Below are positions 1 to 9,059 of a stretch of 64,000 bases of DNA, piece by piece (positions within the stretch are counted from its first letter, which is position 1; each line of letters opens with the position of its first letter). Made by a program: the position numbers and the translations under genes. The DNA is taken from positions 1 to 64,000 of the forward strand of contig CANJVR010000008.1 of the NCBI GenBank assembly GCA_947478395.1. Direction: 5' to 3'. Under the pieces are notes generated by a model. The model was not told where the DNA came from. It did no database searches and saw nothing but the letters and a program-made list of their open reading frames with translations. The DNA is from Opitutia bacterium (GTDB taxonomy: Bacteria > Verrucomicrobiota > Verrucomicrobiia > Opitutales > Opitutaceae).

Positions 1-81
1 CACTTCCACGATGCTCTTGCCGCCGTCGGCCTCCCGCAAAATGCGGATCTTCTGTTCCGTCGTGTGTCTTTTGCCTTTCAT
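1..81 (-). CDS. IS3-family transposase OrfA, N-terminal part (partial)
   Basis: Manual translation MKGKRHTTEQKIRILREADGGKSIVEV matches the IS3 OrfA HTH N-terminus. Confidence 0.85.
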   Translation of the reverse strand, partial: MKGKRHTTEQKIRILREADGGKSIVEV

Positions 82-148
82 GGTCTGGGCTCCTTTTAGA
101 GCCGCAGACTAACATTACAAGTGGCCCGGATTTCGGGGGATCACCGCA
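1..148 (-). mobile_element. Left end of an IS3-family insertion sequence (terminal repeat plus start of OrfA), running off the window
   Basis: Minus strand begins TGCGGTGATCCCCCGAAATCCGGGCCAC at 148 (IS3-type 5'-TG terminus); AAGGAG ribosome-binding site precedes the ATG at 81. Confidence 0.8.
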
Positions 149-380
149 GATCTATCGTGCGGATCCGGCGCCGAAGGCAGGCGCCGGTGCCAACCTCACT
201 GCCGCCGACGCTCACGGATCAGCCCGAAGGCGTGGCGCTAACCACAACGCGCATTTCGGTTTCGGCGCGATCGCGGCTGAATCTTGCCAACCCGATAAAA
301 TATCCGCGTAAAGACGCGGATATTTTCTCCCGGCGCAAGGGGCCTGCCGCGCCGGCTGACCAACGCTGGGTAACGCAGGA

Positions 381-3224
381 TCAGTTTTCCGGGGCGGCGG
401 AGACGAGCTGGACCGCGCCGAGTAGACCTGAAGGGAGGACTTGGATGCGGTTGAGGTCCTGCGGCTGAAAGCGATTGCCGCCGTAGGTGCGATCCGCGTT
501 CAGCGCCGTGTAATCGGGCAGGGGATGCTTGGCGGTATCGGCCATGTAGTTGACGGCGCGGTTGGCGACTTGGATTTGGATGCGGTTGGCCCCGGGCTTG
601 AGGAGACCGGTGACATCCACGTTGTAAGGCGGGCACCACATCGAACCGGCGCGCTGGCCATTCACGAACACCACGGCGGCGTCGCCGATCGGCGGCTGGA
701 AGTTGGCGCGATAACCTTGGTTACCTCCGGCCACCGTGGCGGCGGAGCCGGAGCCAAAATCGAGGCGCTGAGCGAGGCCCGCCTGAAGCATCGTCGCGGG
801 CACCTCGATCTGTTTTTCGTAAGTCGCGACGCCGGAGAAAAATTTCGTGGCCGGATTATCCGTCCATGAAATGAGGGTGCCGAAATGCTGGGGCGCCGGG
901 TCGGCCTCGGTGGACGAATTCTTGAACGTCACATCCCAATCCTTGCTCAGATCGAGCGGCGTGATGTTGGCCGCGGCGGCGGCTGGTGCGCTCGGCAAGG
1001 TGCGTTTCGTGAAAACGAGAAACTGGGCGCCGTAGGGTGGAAGGTTGATCGCGACCGAGGAACCCTCGCTGGAGCGGGCGACGATTTTCGCAGGGGTCGC
1101 CCGGCCGGTCACTGGATTCCACCATTCCGCTTGTAGATTCTGGACGCGAAACACCGGCGTTTCAGTGATCGTTTGGTTGGAGGTGTTACTGAGAAAATAG
1201 ATTTCACCGGCCTCGGTGTGGCGATGGACGAAGCCGAGGTTGGGCTGCGCCTGCGCGTAGGTCACGTCGGGCTGCAACTTGCTTTTCAACGTCGCGGCGA
1301 GCTGGCCTTCGTCGGGGATGACGATGCCCTTGGCGTTTGCGCCGGTGAAGAGGCGGGTGGCGAGGTCACGAATCGCCTGATGGTTGGCGTCGGTCGCGAG
1401 ATACCCCGGCGCCATCGAGGGTGCTTTGCCCACGGCGATGAGCACGCCGCCGCGGTTGGCGAAGTCTTCGAGTTTTTTCAGGGCCGCGAGTGGGATGCGA
1501 GTGACGTTGGGCAGCACGACAACTTTGTAATTCGAATTGCCGAATGTCAGGGCGCGATCGCCGACGCTTCCGTGGGACGCGAGCAGGCCGTCGTCGACGA
1601 AGTCGAAGTTGAACCCGGCGTCGACGATGGGCGGGATGAATGCGCTCACGAGGCGGTTGAGAATGCCCCGCCCCCCGGCCGCGGCCATTTCGAGCGAGGT
1701 CGGGGTGAAATTGGTGAAGCCGTCCTCCTCGGGCAGATAGAGCGCGACGTCGTTGGCGGGAGCGCCCTGACGGAGCAGATAGCTGGCGCGTGCGAGATAT
1801 TTCGTGACGTCGGGCATCACAATCCACCACGGATTTTTTTCGTTGAAGACCGCGGCCGCATAGAAGCGCCAGCCGGGATATTCGACGCCGGGGGCGGTGT
1901 AAGGCCAGCCGTGGAAGAGGAGCTCGTTGATGCCATTCAGAAACTGCAGATTCGACTCGGCCTTGATGTCCATTGGCGCCGCCATGAATACGGGCGAGTG
2001 CAGCCAGGTGAACGCTTCTGAACTCGTGACGGCGCGTCCGAGCAGATGGCTCGCGGACGAAGCCCAGCGCGTGCCCGAGAATACCTTCACGTTATAGTTT
2101 TCGCCCTCATTGATGTCGGCGCGGGCATAGGTGCTGAGTGTGGTGGGCGGCGTACCGTAAGCCTGGAGGCGAAACCGCGTATGATTCTCCTTGGCGAGTT
2201 TGCTGAACGCATCGACGAACTCGTCATTGAAAATTTCGGCGATGGTGCGGCCGTAGTCGGCGCGAATCTCGGCGGCCTTGGGAAATTCCGCGTCGAACAG
2301 GGCCGGAAGCAGTGGCACCAGATCGTAGCCGCGACGTTTTTTGAATTCCGCGGGCAGATTAGGCGTCCAGCCTTCGGCGGAAATTTCCAAGCTGTCACAG
2401 AAAATGGAGTACGGCGGATTGGCGCCGAGCGCCTTGATTTCGGGCAGGGCGATTTCTTTGATGAACTTGGCGATCGCGGTGGGGTTGTAGTGATCGACGA
2501 TGTAGCCCTCCGCGCCGTAGGCGGGACGTTTGACCTGCATCAGGCCGGCCTGGGCATAACCGAAAAATTTCACCTGTGTCGCGCCGTGCAGATTCGACGG
2601 CAGCTGGGCCGCGCCATCGGTCACGGTGAGCGGAATGAAACGGCTCGCGCCGGGCGCGGCATCCGTGATCGGCCCGAGCAGGGCGGCCACGATGGGACCG
2701 GCCGGGGCGGCACCGCCTCCCCGCCGACCGGCATTGGCGGCGGGTGGGGGCGGGACGACCGAGGTCTGGCCAGCGACGATTTCCGCCGTGCCGGCGTCGC
2801 GGATCGATTGGACGGCTTCTTCGCGGGAAAACATCGGGCCGCCGAAGGGCCAGCCGCTGCCAAGGGTCAGATCCATGCGCAGCTCGAGCTCCTTTGCTTT
2901 GCCGGCGGTGAAACCGAGCATGTCGTAAAACTCGGGAGAGAGAAACTTCAGGTTTTTCAGCCCGGGATACTGGCCATCGAGGGCGAGGGGGTACGTGGGT
3001 TGAACTTCGAAGCCGCCGAAGCCGCCTTCCTTCATCAAGGCCATCTCGCGCTCGAGTTGTGGTTTCACCACGGAGGGCCCGAACCACCACCAGCGGACCG
3101 TCGGCTTCGCTTCATTGGGTGGCGTGTTAAAACCTTGCTGGAGAGTTTCAGTGGCGTCGGCGGCGCAAAGACGGGCGGCAGCGCAGGCCAGTAAAATGGC
3201 GAGAAAACGAGGGGCGGATTTCAT
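381..3224 (-). CDS. Secreted glycoside hydrolase, GH106 (alpha-L-rhamnosidase-like)
   Basis: Signal peptide; PPNEAKPTVRWWWFG, DLTLGSGWPFGGP, FCDSLE and SSEAFTW motifs; C-terminal LPSGLLGAV. Confidence 0.8.
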   Translation of the reverse strand: MKSAPRFLAILLACAAARLCAADATETLQQGFNTPPNEAKPTVRWWWFGPSVVKPQLEREMALMKEGGFGGFEVQPTYPLALDGQYPGLKNLKFLSPEFYDMLGFTAGKAKELELRMDLTLGSGWPFGGPMFSREEAVQSIRDAGTAEIVAGQTSVVPPPPAANAGRRGGGAAPAGPIVAALLGPITDAAPGASRFIPLTVTDGAAQLPSNLHGATQVKFFGYAQAGLMQVKRPAYGAEGYIVDHYNPTAIAKFIKEIALPEIKALGANPPYSIFCDSLEISAEGWTPNLPAEFKKRRGYDLVPLLPALFDAEFPKAAEIRADYGRTIAEIFNDEFVDAFSKLAKENHTRFRLQAYGTPPTTLSTYARADINEGENYNVKVFSGTRWASSASHLLGRAVTSSEAFTWLHSPVFMAAPMDIKAESNLQFLNGINELLFHGWPYTAPGVEYPGWRFYAAAVFNEKNPWWIVMPDVTKYLARASYLLRQGAPANDVALYLPEEDGFTNFTPTSLEMAAAGGRGILNRLVSAFIPPIVDAGFNFDFVDDGLLASHGSVGDRALTFGNSNYKVVVLPNVTRIPLAALKKLEDFANRGGVLIAVGKAPSMAPGYLATDANHQAIRDLATRLFTGANAKGIVIPDEGQLAATLKSKLQPDVTYAQAQPNLGFVHRHTEAGEIYFLSNTSNQTITETPVFRVQNLQAEWWNPVTGRATPAKIVARSSEGSSVAINLPPYGAQFLVFTKRTLPSAPAAAAANITPLDLSKDWDVTFKNSSTEADPAPQHFGTLISWTDNPATKFFSGVATYEKQIEVPATMLQAGLAQRLDFGSGSAATVAGGNQGYRANFQPPIGDAAVVFVNGQRAGSMWCPPYNVDVTGLLKPGANRIQIQVANRAVNYMADTAKHPLPDYTALNADRTYGGNRFQPQDLNRIQVLPSGLLGAVQLVSAAPEN

Positions 3225-3391
3225 GGGAAAGAAAGGAGGAGGATCGCACTGCGCTGTTCGGGCCTCGTCAATGGGGTAAGGATGCCGGGTGTCCCGCGCG
3301 GGCGCGGACAGTCGGACCGGTCGGTCTATTTCTTCGGCGCCGCGGTGACCAACGATCGCTCATCGAACCCGCACCCCTCTCCGCCGCGCGG

Positions 3392-4087
3392 TCAACGTGA
3401 GCGGCGTTGCAGCAGCGTGACGCCGAGCAGCAGGGCGAAGGAAAGCGCGAGGAGAATACCCGCAAAGGTATGGGCGGAGTCGTAGTCGAGCCGCTGCACT
3501 TCATCGTAGAGTGCAATGCTGGCGACTTTTGTGACTCCCGGAATGGCGCCGCCGATCATGAGCACGACTCCGAACTCGCCGAGCGTGTGCGCAAAGCCGA
3601 GCGTGAGGCCGGCGGCGATTCCCCGCCAGGCCAGCGGAGCGTGCAGCCGGAAAAACACGCGCCGCGGCGACGCCCCGAGCGTGCTGCCGGCATCGAGCAG
3701 TTCACGCGGCACGCCGCGCAGCGCGGCCTGAAACGGCTGCACCGCGAAAGGCAGCGAATAAAAAACCGAGGCGATCACCAGCCCGGTGAAGGAAAACGCC
3801 AGCGGACCGCCGGTCAGGGCGAGCCACCAGCTCCCCGGGGCGTGGCGCGGCGAAAGCGCGACGAGCACGTAGAATCCGATTACGGTCGGCGGCAGCACGA
3901 CCGGCAGGGTGACGAGCGTTTCCAGCAGCGGTGCGATGCGCGCGCGCGTGGTGTTGAGCCAGTGCGCCAATGGCAGGCCGATGAGGCCGAGCACGACCGT
4001 GGTGATCGCCGCCAGACGCAACGTCAGCGCCAGCGATTGCCAGAGCGGCGCGGCAAGTCCGAGGAACGTGGGGGCGGAGGTGGGCAA
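3392..4087 (-). CDS. modB: Molybdate ABC transporter permease
   Basis: LPVVLPPTVIGFY, YSLPFAVQP and FAHTLGEFGVVLMIGG motifs; downstream of modA. Confidence 0.92.
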   Translation of the reverse strand: MPTSAPTFLGLAAPLWQSLALTLRLAAITTVVLGLIGLPLAHWLNTTRARIAPLLETLVTLPVVLPPTVIGFYVLVALSPRHAPGSWWLALTGGPLAFSFTGLVIASVFYSLPFAVQPFQAALRGVPRELLDAGSTLGASPRRVFFRLHAPLAWRGIAAGLTLGFAHTLGEFGVVLMIGGAIPGVTKVASIALYDEVQRLDYDSAHTFAGILLALSFALLLGVTLLQRRSR

Positions 4088-4153
4088 GTGACGAAACGCT
4101 CAACGCCCAAGGCCGGGCGCTCAACGTTCAATTGAGGCTAGGCGGCGAGGAAT

Positions 4154-4231
4154 GTAGGCGGGGTGTCCGCACCCCGCGGCGGTGGAGTGAAATTGGCGAC
4201 GTCGATGGCGGGTGAGGGCACCCGCCCCGCA
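4154..4231. repeat. Degenerate GTAG-type REP doublet between modA and modB
   Basis: GTAGGCGGGGTGTCCGCACCCCGC followed by an inverted related unit GCGGGTGAGGGCACCCGCCCCGC. Confidence 0.55.
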
Positions 4232-4250
4232 TATATTACCAAGGCTGAGA

Positions 4251-5003
4251 TCACGGCACGCCGTATCCGAATCGCACCAGGATTTTTTTCGCCGTCTCGC
4301 TCCGGAGGAATTGCAGGTAGCGCACCGCTGCCGGATTTTTGGCGCCGTGCACCGTGATCACCGCGCCGTGTTCGAGCGGCGCATATAATGCGGCGGGCAC
4401 CTCGAACCAGCGGCCGGTGTTTTTCAGTTTGGGCGAAAGGACGAGCGACATCGCCACGAAGCCGGCGTCGGCATTGCCGGTCTCTACGAATTGCGCGGTT
4501 TGCGTGATGTTGTCGCCGGTGACGACCTTGGGTTGCGCCTCGGTCCATGCCCCTAGTTTTTCCAGCGCCTGCTTCGTCGCCCGGCCATAGGGCGCAGTGT
4601 CGAAGTTGGCGATGGCTAGCTTCCGCACCGCTGGGTCGCGCACGGCGGCGGCGACGTCAGTGATTTTGATCTCGGCCTTGGTCGTCCACAGCACAAGCCG
4701 ACCGATGGCGAAAGTGGTCAGCGATTTCCCGTCGGCCTGGCCGGCCTTGATGAGAGCCTGGGGATAATCGAGGTCGGCTGAAAGCAGCACGTCGTAGGGC
4801 GCGCCGTTTTTTATCTGGGCCACGAGGTTGCCGGAGGCGCCGGAGGAACAAGTGACCGTGACGTCGGGTGCCGTCTTGGCGAACTCGGCATTGATCGCGT
4901 CTAGCGCGTAGACGAAATTTGCGGCGGCAGCGACCGAGAGGCTTTCGGCGCGGACCGCCGCGGCGCCGAACACGAGAAGGGCAAGACCGGTGAGAAGGCG
5001 CAT
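4251..5003 (-). CDS. modA: Molybdate ABC transporter substrate-binding protein
   Basis: Signal peptide; VAAAAN, GASGNLVAQIKNGAPYDV and APYGRA motifs. Confidence 0.93.
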   Translation of the reverse strand: MRLLTGLALLVFGAAAVRAESLSVAAAANFVYALDAINAEFAKTAPDVTVTCSSGASGNLVAQIKNGAPYDVLLSADLDYPQALIKAGQADGKSLTTFAIGRLVLWTTKAEIKITDVAAAVRDPAVRKLAIANFDTAPYGRATKQALEKLGAWTEAQPKVVTGDNITQTAQFVETGNADAGFVAMSLVLSPKLKNTGRWFEVPAALYAPLEHGAVITVHGAKNPAAVRYLQFLRSETAKKILVRFGYGVP

Positions 5004-5081
5004 GGGGCGGATGGAAAGGGTGATTTTGAGAACGTAAGTTCACGCCGGGGCCCAGCGGATCGCGGGGCCATCGTCGGGATG

Positions 5082-5105
5082 CGTTATATCGAGTCAAATA
5101 TAACG
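5082..5105. promoter_or_regulatory. ModE-binding site
   Basis: Perfect inverted repeat CGTTATAT-N8-ATATAACG about 80 bp upstream of modA, matching the ModE operator pattern; a modE-like gene lies nearby. Confidence 0.85.
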
Positions 5106-5187
5106 TATGCCGCGCGGCGGCGTAAGTGGCGGTGGCATTACGAAAAAAAGTTGAATCAAAGCGCGGGCCGGACGACAAAAGTTTCCC

Positions 5188-5775
5188 ATGAAAAACTTAC
5201 CCTTCGTTACTGGATTGCTGTTGTGCACGAGTCTGGCCCTCGCCCAGCCCCCGGCCACTCCGCCGGCCGCGGCCGCGGCCCGGCCGCCAGCCACGCCCGG
5301 ACTGACTCTCACGTCCCCCGCCTTCGCGGACGGCGCGATCGTTCCGAATCAATATTCTCAAGCCGTACCCAATCCCGTTTCGCCGAAGCTCGAATGGTCC
5401 AACGCGCCGGCGGGCACCGTGAGCTTTGTGCTGATCATGCACGATCCCGATACCGCGCCGCAGAAGAAGAACGTGGATATTCTCCACTGGATGGCCTTCA
5501 ACATTCCCGCAACGACCAAGGAACTCCCGGAAGGTGTGTCCGCGGACGCGAAGCTGGCCGATGGCACGATCCAGGCGAAGAGTTTTCGCGGCGCGGTGGG
5601 CTACATGGGCCCGGGAGCCGGTGCGGCCGGTCCCTACCATCACTACACGTGGGAGCTTTTTGCGCTCGATATCAAACTCGACCTGACGCCCGACGCCACG
5701 CGCGCCGAGGTGCTCGCGGCGGCAGATGGCCACATCTTGGGCAAGGGCGTGCTGGTGGGACGGTTTCACCGCTGA
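5188..5775 (+). CDS. YbhB/YbcL family (PEBP/Raf kinase inhibitor-like) exported protein
   Basis: LTSPAF, MHDPD, HW and GYMGP...HHYTWELFALD motifs; signal peptide. Confidence 0.88.
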   Translation: MKNLPFVTGLLLCTSLALAQPPATPPAAAAARPPATPGLTLTSPAFADGAIVPNQYSQAVPNPVSPKLEWSNAPAGTVSFVLIMHDPDTAPQKKNVDILHWMAFNIPATTKELPEGVSADAKLADGTIQAKSFRGAVGYMGPGAGAAGPYHHYTWELFALDIKLDLTPDATRAEVLAAADGHILGKGVLVGRFHR

Positions 5776-5783
5776 GTGGGTCT

Positions 5784-5876
<93 letters not shown>

Positions 5877-5888
5877 CTTCGCGCACGC

Positions 5889-6245
5889 TCACTCGGCCAA
5901 TAACCGGCTGAGCGCCTGCCAATCGGCGGCAGTGGCGGCGCGACACGCCCCTTCCATGCGGGTGTAGCGGGCGAGGACATCCTCGCCCAAGGGCGTGAGC
6001 GCGGCGCCGCCGCCGCTGCCACCACCGCGCGCCACGGCGACGAGGGGTTCGCTAAAAAGTTTGTTCATGCCTTTCACCAGCAGCCAGGCTCGGTTGTACG
6101 ACATACCGAGTTCGGTGGCCGCAGTGCGGATCGAGCCCGTGGCCGCGATATGACGGAGCAACTCGGCCTTCCCCGGGCCGAATGCCGCCGGACTGCCGTT
6201 GGGAAATCGCAGGCGAAATTCGAGCTGGGGCAGGGCGCGTGGCAT
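5889..6245 (-). CDS. modE: Short ModE-family regulator (winged helix only, no molybdate-binding domain)
   Basis: FGPGKAELLRHIAATGSI..A..LGMSY.RAW.L and RGGGSGGGAALT; only 118 aa. Confidence 0.85.
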   Translation of the reverse strand: MPRALPQLEFRLRFPNGSPAAFGPGKAELLRHIAATGSIRTAATELGMSYNRAWLLVKGMNKLFSEPLVAVARGGGSGGGAALTPLGEDVLARYTRMEGACRAATAADWQALSRLLAE

Positions 6246-6307
6246 GCGAGGACGCTGCGCGGAGCATCTGCGCTGGTCAGTTCAAAAAAGAACCGTTCAG
6301 TGCCAGC

Positions 6308-7471
6308 GTGCCCGATTCGATATCTTTTCGACCGCCAGTGACGGTGCTCAGTGGTTTTCTCGGAGCGGGGAAAACCACCCTGCTGCGTCATCTGCTCGGA
6401 CAGAGCGAGGGGCGCCGCTGGGCGGCGATCGTCAACGACGTCGCGTCGGTGAACGTCGATGCCCAACTCGTCGCCGGCGCCGGGGCTGAACGCGTGGTGG
6501 AACTCGGCAATGGTTGCGTGTGTTGCTCGGTGCGCGACGAGCTGGCCGAGACCATCGCGGAATTGGCGGCGGACGGAAAGTTTGAGCGCGTAATCGTCGA
6601 AACCACCGGCGTGGCGGAGCCCAGGGCCATCGCCGACCTCTTTGTGCGGCCCAATGCGTTTGGTCGCAGTCTCAGTGATTTTGCGTCGCTTGAAGCGCTG
6701 GTCAGTGTCGTCGACGCCCACGGATTTTTAGCGGAGCGCGCAAAAGCCAGCGCCGCGTCCCCCCTGTCGGCCGGCGCCAAGAAACCGGTGTTTGAATTGA
6801 TGCTCGATCAGGTCGAGTGCGCCGACGTGATCGTCGTGAATAAATGTGATCTGGTGTCGCCGGCGGAGTTGGCGCCACTGGACGAAATTTTGCGGAGCCT
6901 GAATCCGCGCGCGGAAATTCTGCGGACCGAGCGCGGACAGGTCGCGAGCGAAGCGCTGCTGGGCCGGCAGCGGTTTGACCCGGTGGTCACGCTGGGTGCG
7001 GCGCGTTGGATCAAGGTGTTGAACCAAACGCCGGGTCCGCAGGCGGTTTATGTCGGGACGGGCGGGCGGCCCGTGCTCGCGGCCCGGCATGACGCGGAGT
7101 ACGGCATCGGGAGTTTTGTGTTTTCGGCGCGCCGACCTTTTCGGCGGGAAAAATTTCTGGCGTGGCTCGCCGATGGATTGCCCGAGGGTCTCTTGCGCGC
7201 GAAGGGTTTTTTTTGGCTGTCGGAGCAGCCGGCGGACATCGGGTTCCTGTCGGTGGCCGGCGGACTGGTGCGCTGGGAATTTATCGGCGCGTGGGCCGCG
7301 GCGCTCGTGGAACGACGGGTAATCAGCGCAAGCGATGTGCCGGCGGCGGCGCGCGCAAAATGGCAAGAACCCGGCGGTGATCGACGCCAGGAGCTGGTTT
7401 TGATTGGCACGAACCTCGACGAGCCCGCGCTGCGTACGGCGCTCGCCGCATGTTTGGAGGAAATTTCCTGA
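6308..7471 (+). CDS. COG0523/CobW family G3E GTPase metallochaperone (YciC/ZigA-like C-terminus)
   Basis: [33 protein letters not shown] and GDRRQELVLIG; GTG start at 6308 chosen by eye. Confidence 0.9.
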   Translation: MPDSISFRPPVTVLSGFLGAGKTTLLRHLLGQSEGRRWAAIVNDVASVNVDAQLVAGAGAERVVELGNGCVCCSVRDELAETIAELAADGKFERVIVETTGVAEPRAIADLFVRPNAFGRSLSDFASLEALVSVVDAHGFLAERAKASAASPLSAGAKKPVFELMLDQVECADVIVVNKCDLVSPAELAPLDEILRSLNPRAEILRTERGQVASEALLGRQRFDPVVTLGAARWIKVLNQTPGPQAVYVGTGGRPVLAARHDAEYGIGSFVFSARRPFRREKFLAWLADGLPEGLLRAKGFFWLSEQPADIGFLSVAGGLVRWEFIGAWAAALVERRVISASDVPAAARAKWQEPGGDRRQELVLIGTNLDEPALRTALAACLEEIS

Positions 7472-7536
7472 TGAAACGGCGCGATGAGAGAAAAAATTTA
7501 TTGAAACACCGCGGTGAGATGCGCGTCGAAGGGGGC

Positions 7537-8571
7537 ATGCAATGCAGACTTGGTGCGAGCCGATTTCAGGCGTGGTTGGCGTTGATGCTCGTCGCCTGGT
7601 GGGGTGGGAATATTTTCGCGGCCGACGCCATGGCGGGCGCGCGCGACACCCTCGTCTATAAGGATGGCGACCGGGTACAGGGGAAATTGGTCGAGCGCAC
7701 CGCCGACGTGATTGTTTTTCAGTCGGAGCGGTTTGGGGCGCTGCGCGTGTCGGCGAAAGATGCGGTGGTAATTGTGGCGGACCCGGCGCTGGCTGCGACT
7801 CCGGCCGAAGCGGCCAATGTAGCCTCCGAGCGGGCCGACGCGGAGCGCGTGAGGATCTGGGAATGGTTTTCTCCCTTCGTGCTGACCGCGCAGGTCCGGA
7901 GTTTTTTTGGATCCTGGCAGGGGCGCTTCGCGTTTTCCTCCGAAGTGGTCTCCGACTCGTCGGAGCGAACCAATCTCGCGTTGGAAGGACACATGCAACG
8001 CAAGTGGAAGGCGGATGAACTTCAGCTTACGGCGCGCTACGATTACAGTGAAACTAACCGACTGGCCGCGACCGATACCGTGAAGGCGTCGGGTTCGTAC
8101 CGGCATGATTTCTCGAGCGCCCGCTTTGCGCTTTATCGTCCTTCGCTCGAGTGGAACCGGGCGAGCCTGCGCAACGGTTTGCCCAACGATTACCTGCTCA
8201 TGCAGCAGGAAATCGGTGCCGGCTGGAATCTGCTGAGCAAACCGGGGCGCAATCTGCGCGCGGGTTTCGCGGAGAATCTTTTCGATCTATGGAATACCGC
8301 GCCGACCCATCAACACACCTCCCGCACGGTGGAGTCGCTGTTCGAGGAGACGGAGGTTGCCCTCCCGTGGAGAATAACCGCTGCGCAACGCGGCGTGTGG
8401 TACGTGCCGATCAAAGGTCGTACCGATGGGTGGGAAAATCGCATCGAAGTGAACAAGAAGCTAACGGAAACCTTGAGCGTCGCGATCCGGCATGAGATCC
8501 GGCGCAACAATCCGGACGGCAGCGCGCAGGATTACACCCGCCTGCGGCTGTTGCTGGGCCTGGATTTCTAG
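7537..8571 (+). CDS. Putative outer-membrane beta-barrel protein (DUF481-like)
   Basis: Signal peptide, DTLVYKDGDRVQG N-terminus, amphipathic beta pattern, terminal Phe (LGLDF); start uncertain. Confidence 0.6.
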   Translation: MQCRLGASRFQAWLALMLVAWWGGNIFAADAMAGARDTLVYKDGDRVQGKLVERTADVIVFQSERFGALRVSAKDAVVIVADPALAATPAEAANVASERADAERVRIWEWFSPFVLTAQVRSFFGSWQGRFAFSSEVVSDSSERTNLALEGHMQRKWKADELQLTARYDYSETNRLAATDTVKASGSYRHDFSSARFALYRPSLEWNRASLRNGLPNDYLLMQQEIGAGWNLLSKPGRNLRAGFAENLFDLWNTAPTHQHTSRTVESLFEETEVALPWRITAAQRGVWYVPIKGRTDGWENRIEVNKKLTETLSVAIRHEIRRNNPDGSAQDYTRLRLLLGLDF

Positions 8572-8605
8572 ATCGGTTTAACCAGAAGCTTAGCGGCTCC
8601 GAGAG

Positions 8606-8640
8606 CGCCGAACCCGGCAGGCAGGGACGCCTGCTGCTAC
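8606..8640. repeat. REP family A, partial copy
   Basis: CGCCGAACCCGGCAGGCAGGGACGCCTGCTGCTAC matches the right arm of the copies at 18441, 22674, 53619 and 61438. Confidence 0.85.
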
Positions 8641-8947
8641 CCAAAGCGGCCGCGGGAAAGCTCGAACCGCTCCTGGCGTTTTCCGCGGTCCTGCGGCGAG
8701 TTTTCAGCGGGCGGGGCGGAATGAGAGTTTTGAAATCGACCGCCGTCGGCGTTGCAAAACCGGGTGGCGCGGGTGGGGTCGGAGGCGGGACTCGCGCGAG
8801 TCACATTTTTCCGTCGGAGATGCCGACTTCGGCGGAGGCTCCGGGGAGTTGGGTTTGCGCCGAGAACGAGACTTGAATTGCGCAGATGAAAGCCAAACTC
8901 GCAACCGAGCGGCGCGGCCAGAGGAGAGAACGCAGGGACATCAGCAT
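8641..8947 (-). pseudogene. Possible decayed N-terminus of an exported protein (class A acid phosphatase-like)
   Basis: Signal-like start, in-frame TGA at 8803, then AVDFKTLIPP and, after a 1-nt shift, PAENSPQDRG; ends at a REP copy. Confidence 0.3.
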
Positions 8948-9059
8948 GCGCCCTGGGTGCTTATTTAATCCTGCGTTGCCCAATAAAATGACGAACTGCG
9001 CGCGATGCCGAAATGGCGCGTTATGGCTAACGAGCCCTATCCAAGTTTAGTCGCTGGCC

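Noticed and set aside
149..380. Possible gene fragment interrupted by the IS (ORF 121..468)
   Set aside because: No recognisable motif in the frames read; the ORF starts inside the IS end
441..3194. Long plus-strand ORFs opposite the glycosidase, and similar shadow ORFs throughout the window
   Set aside because: Antisense shadows expected in high-GC DNA; no motifs
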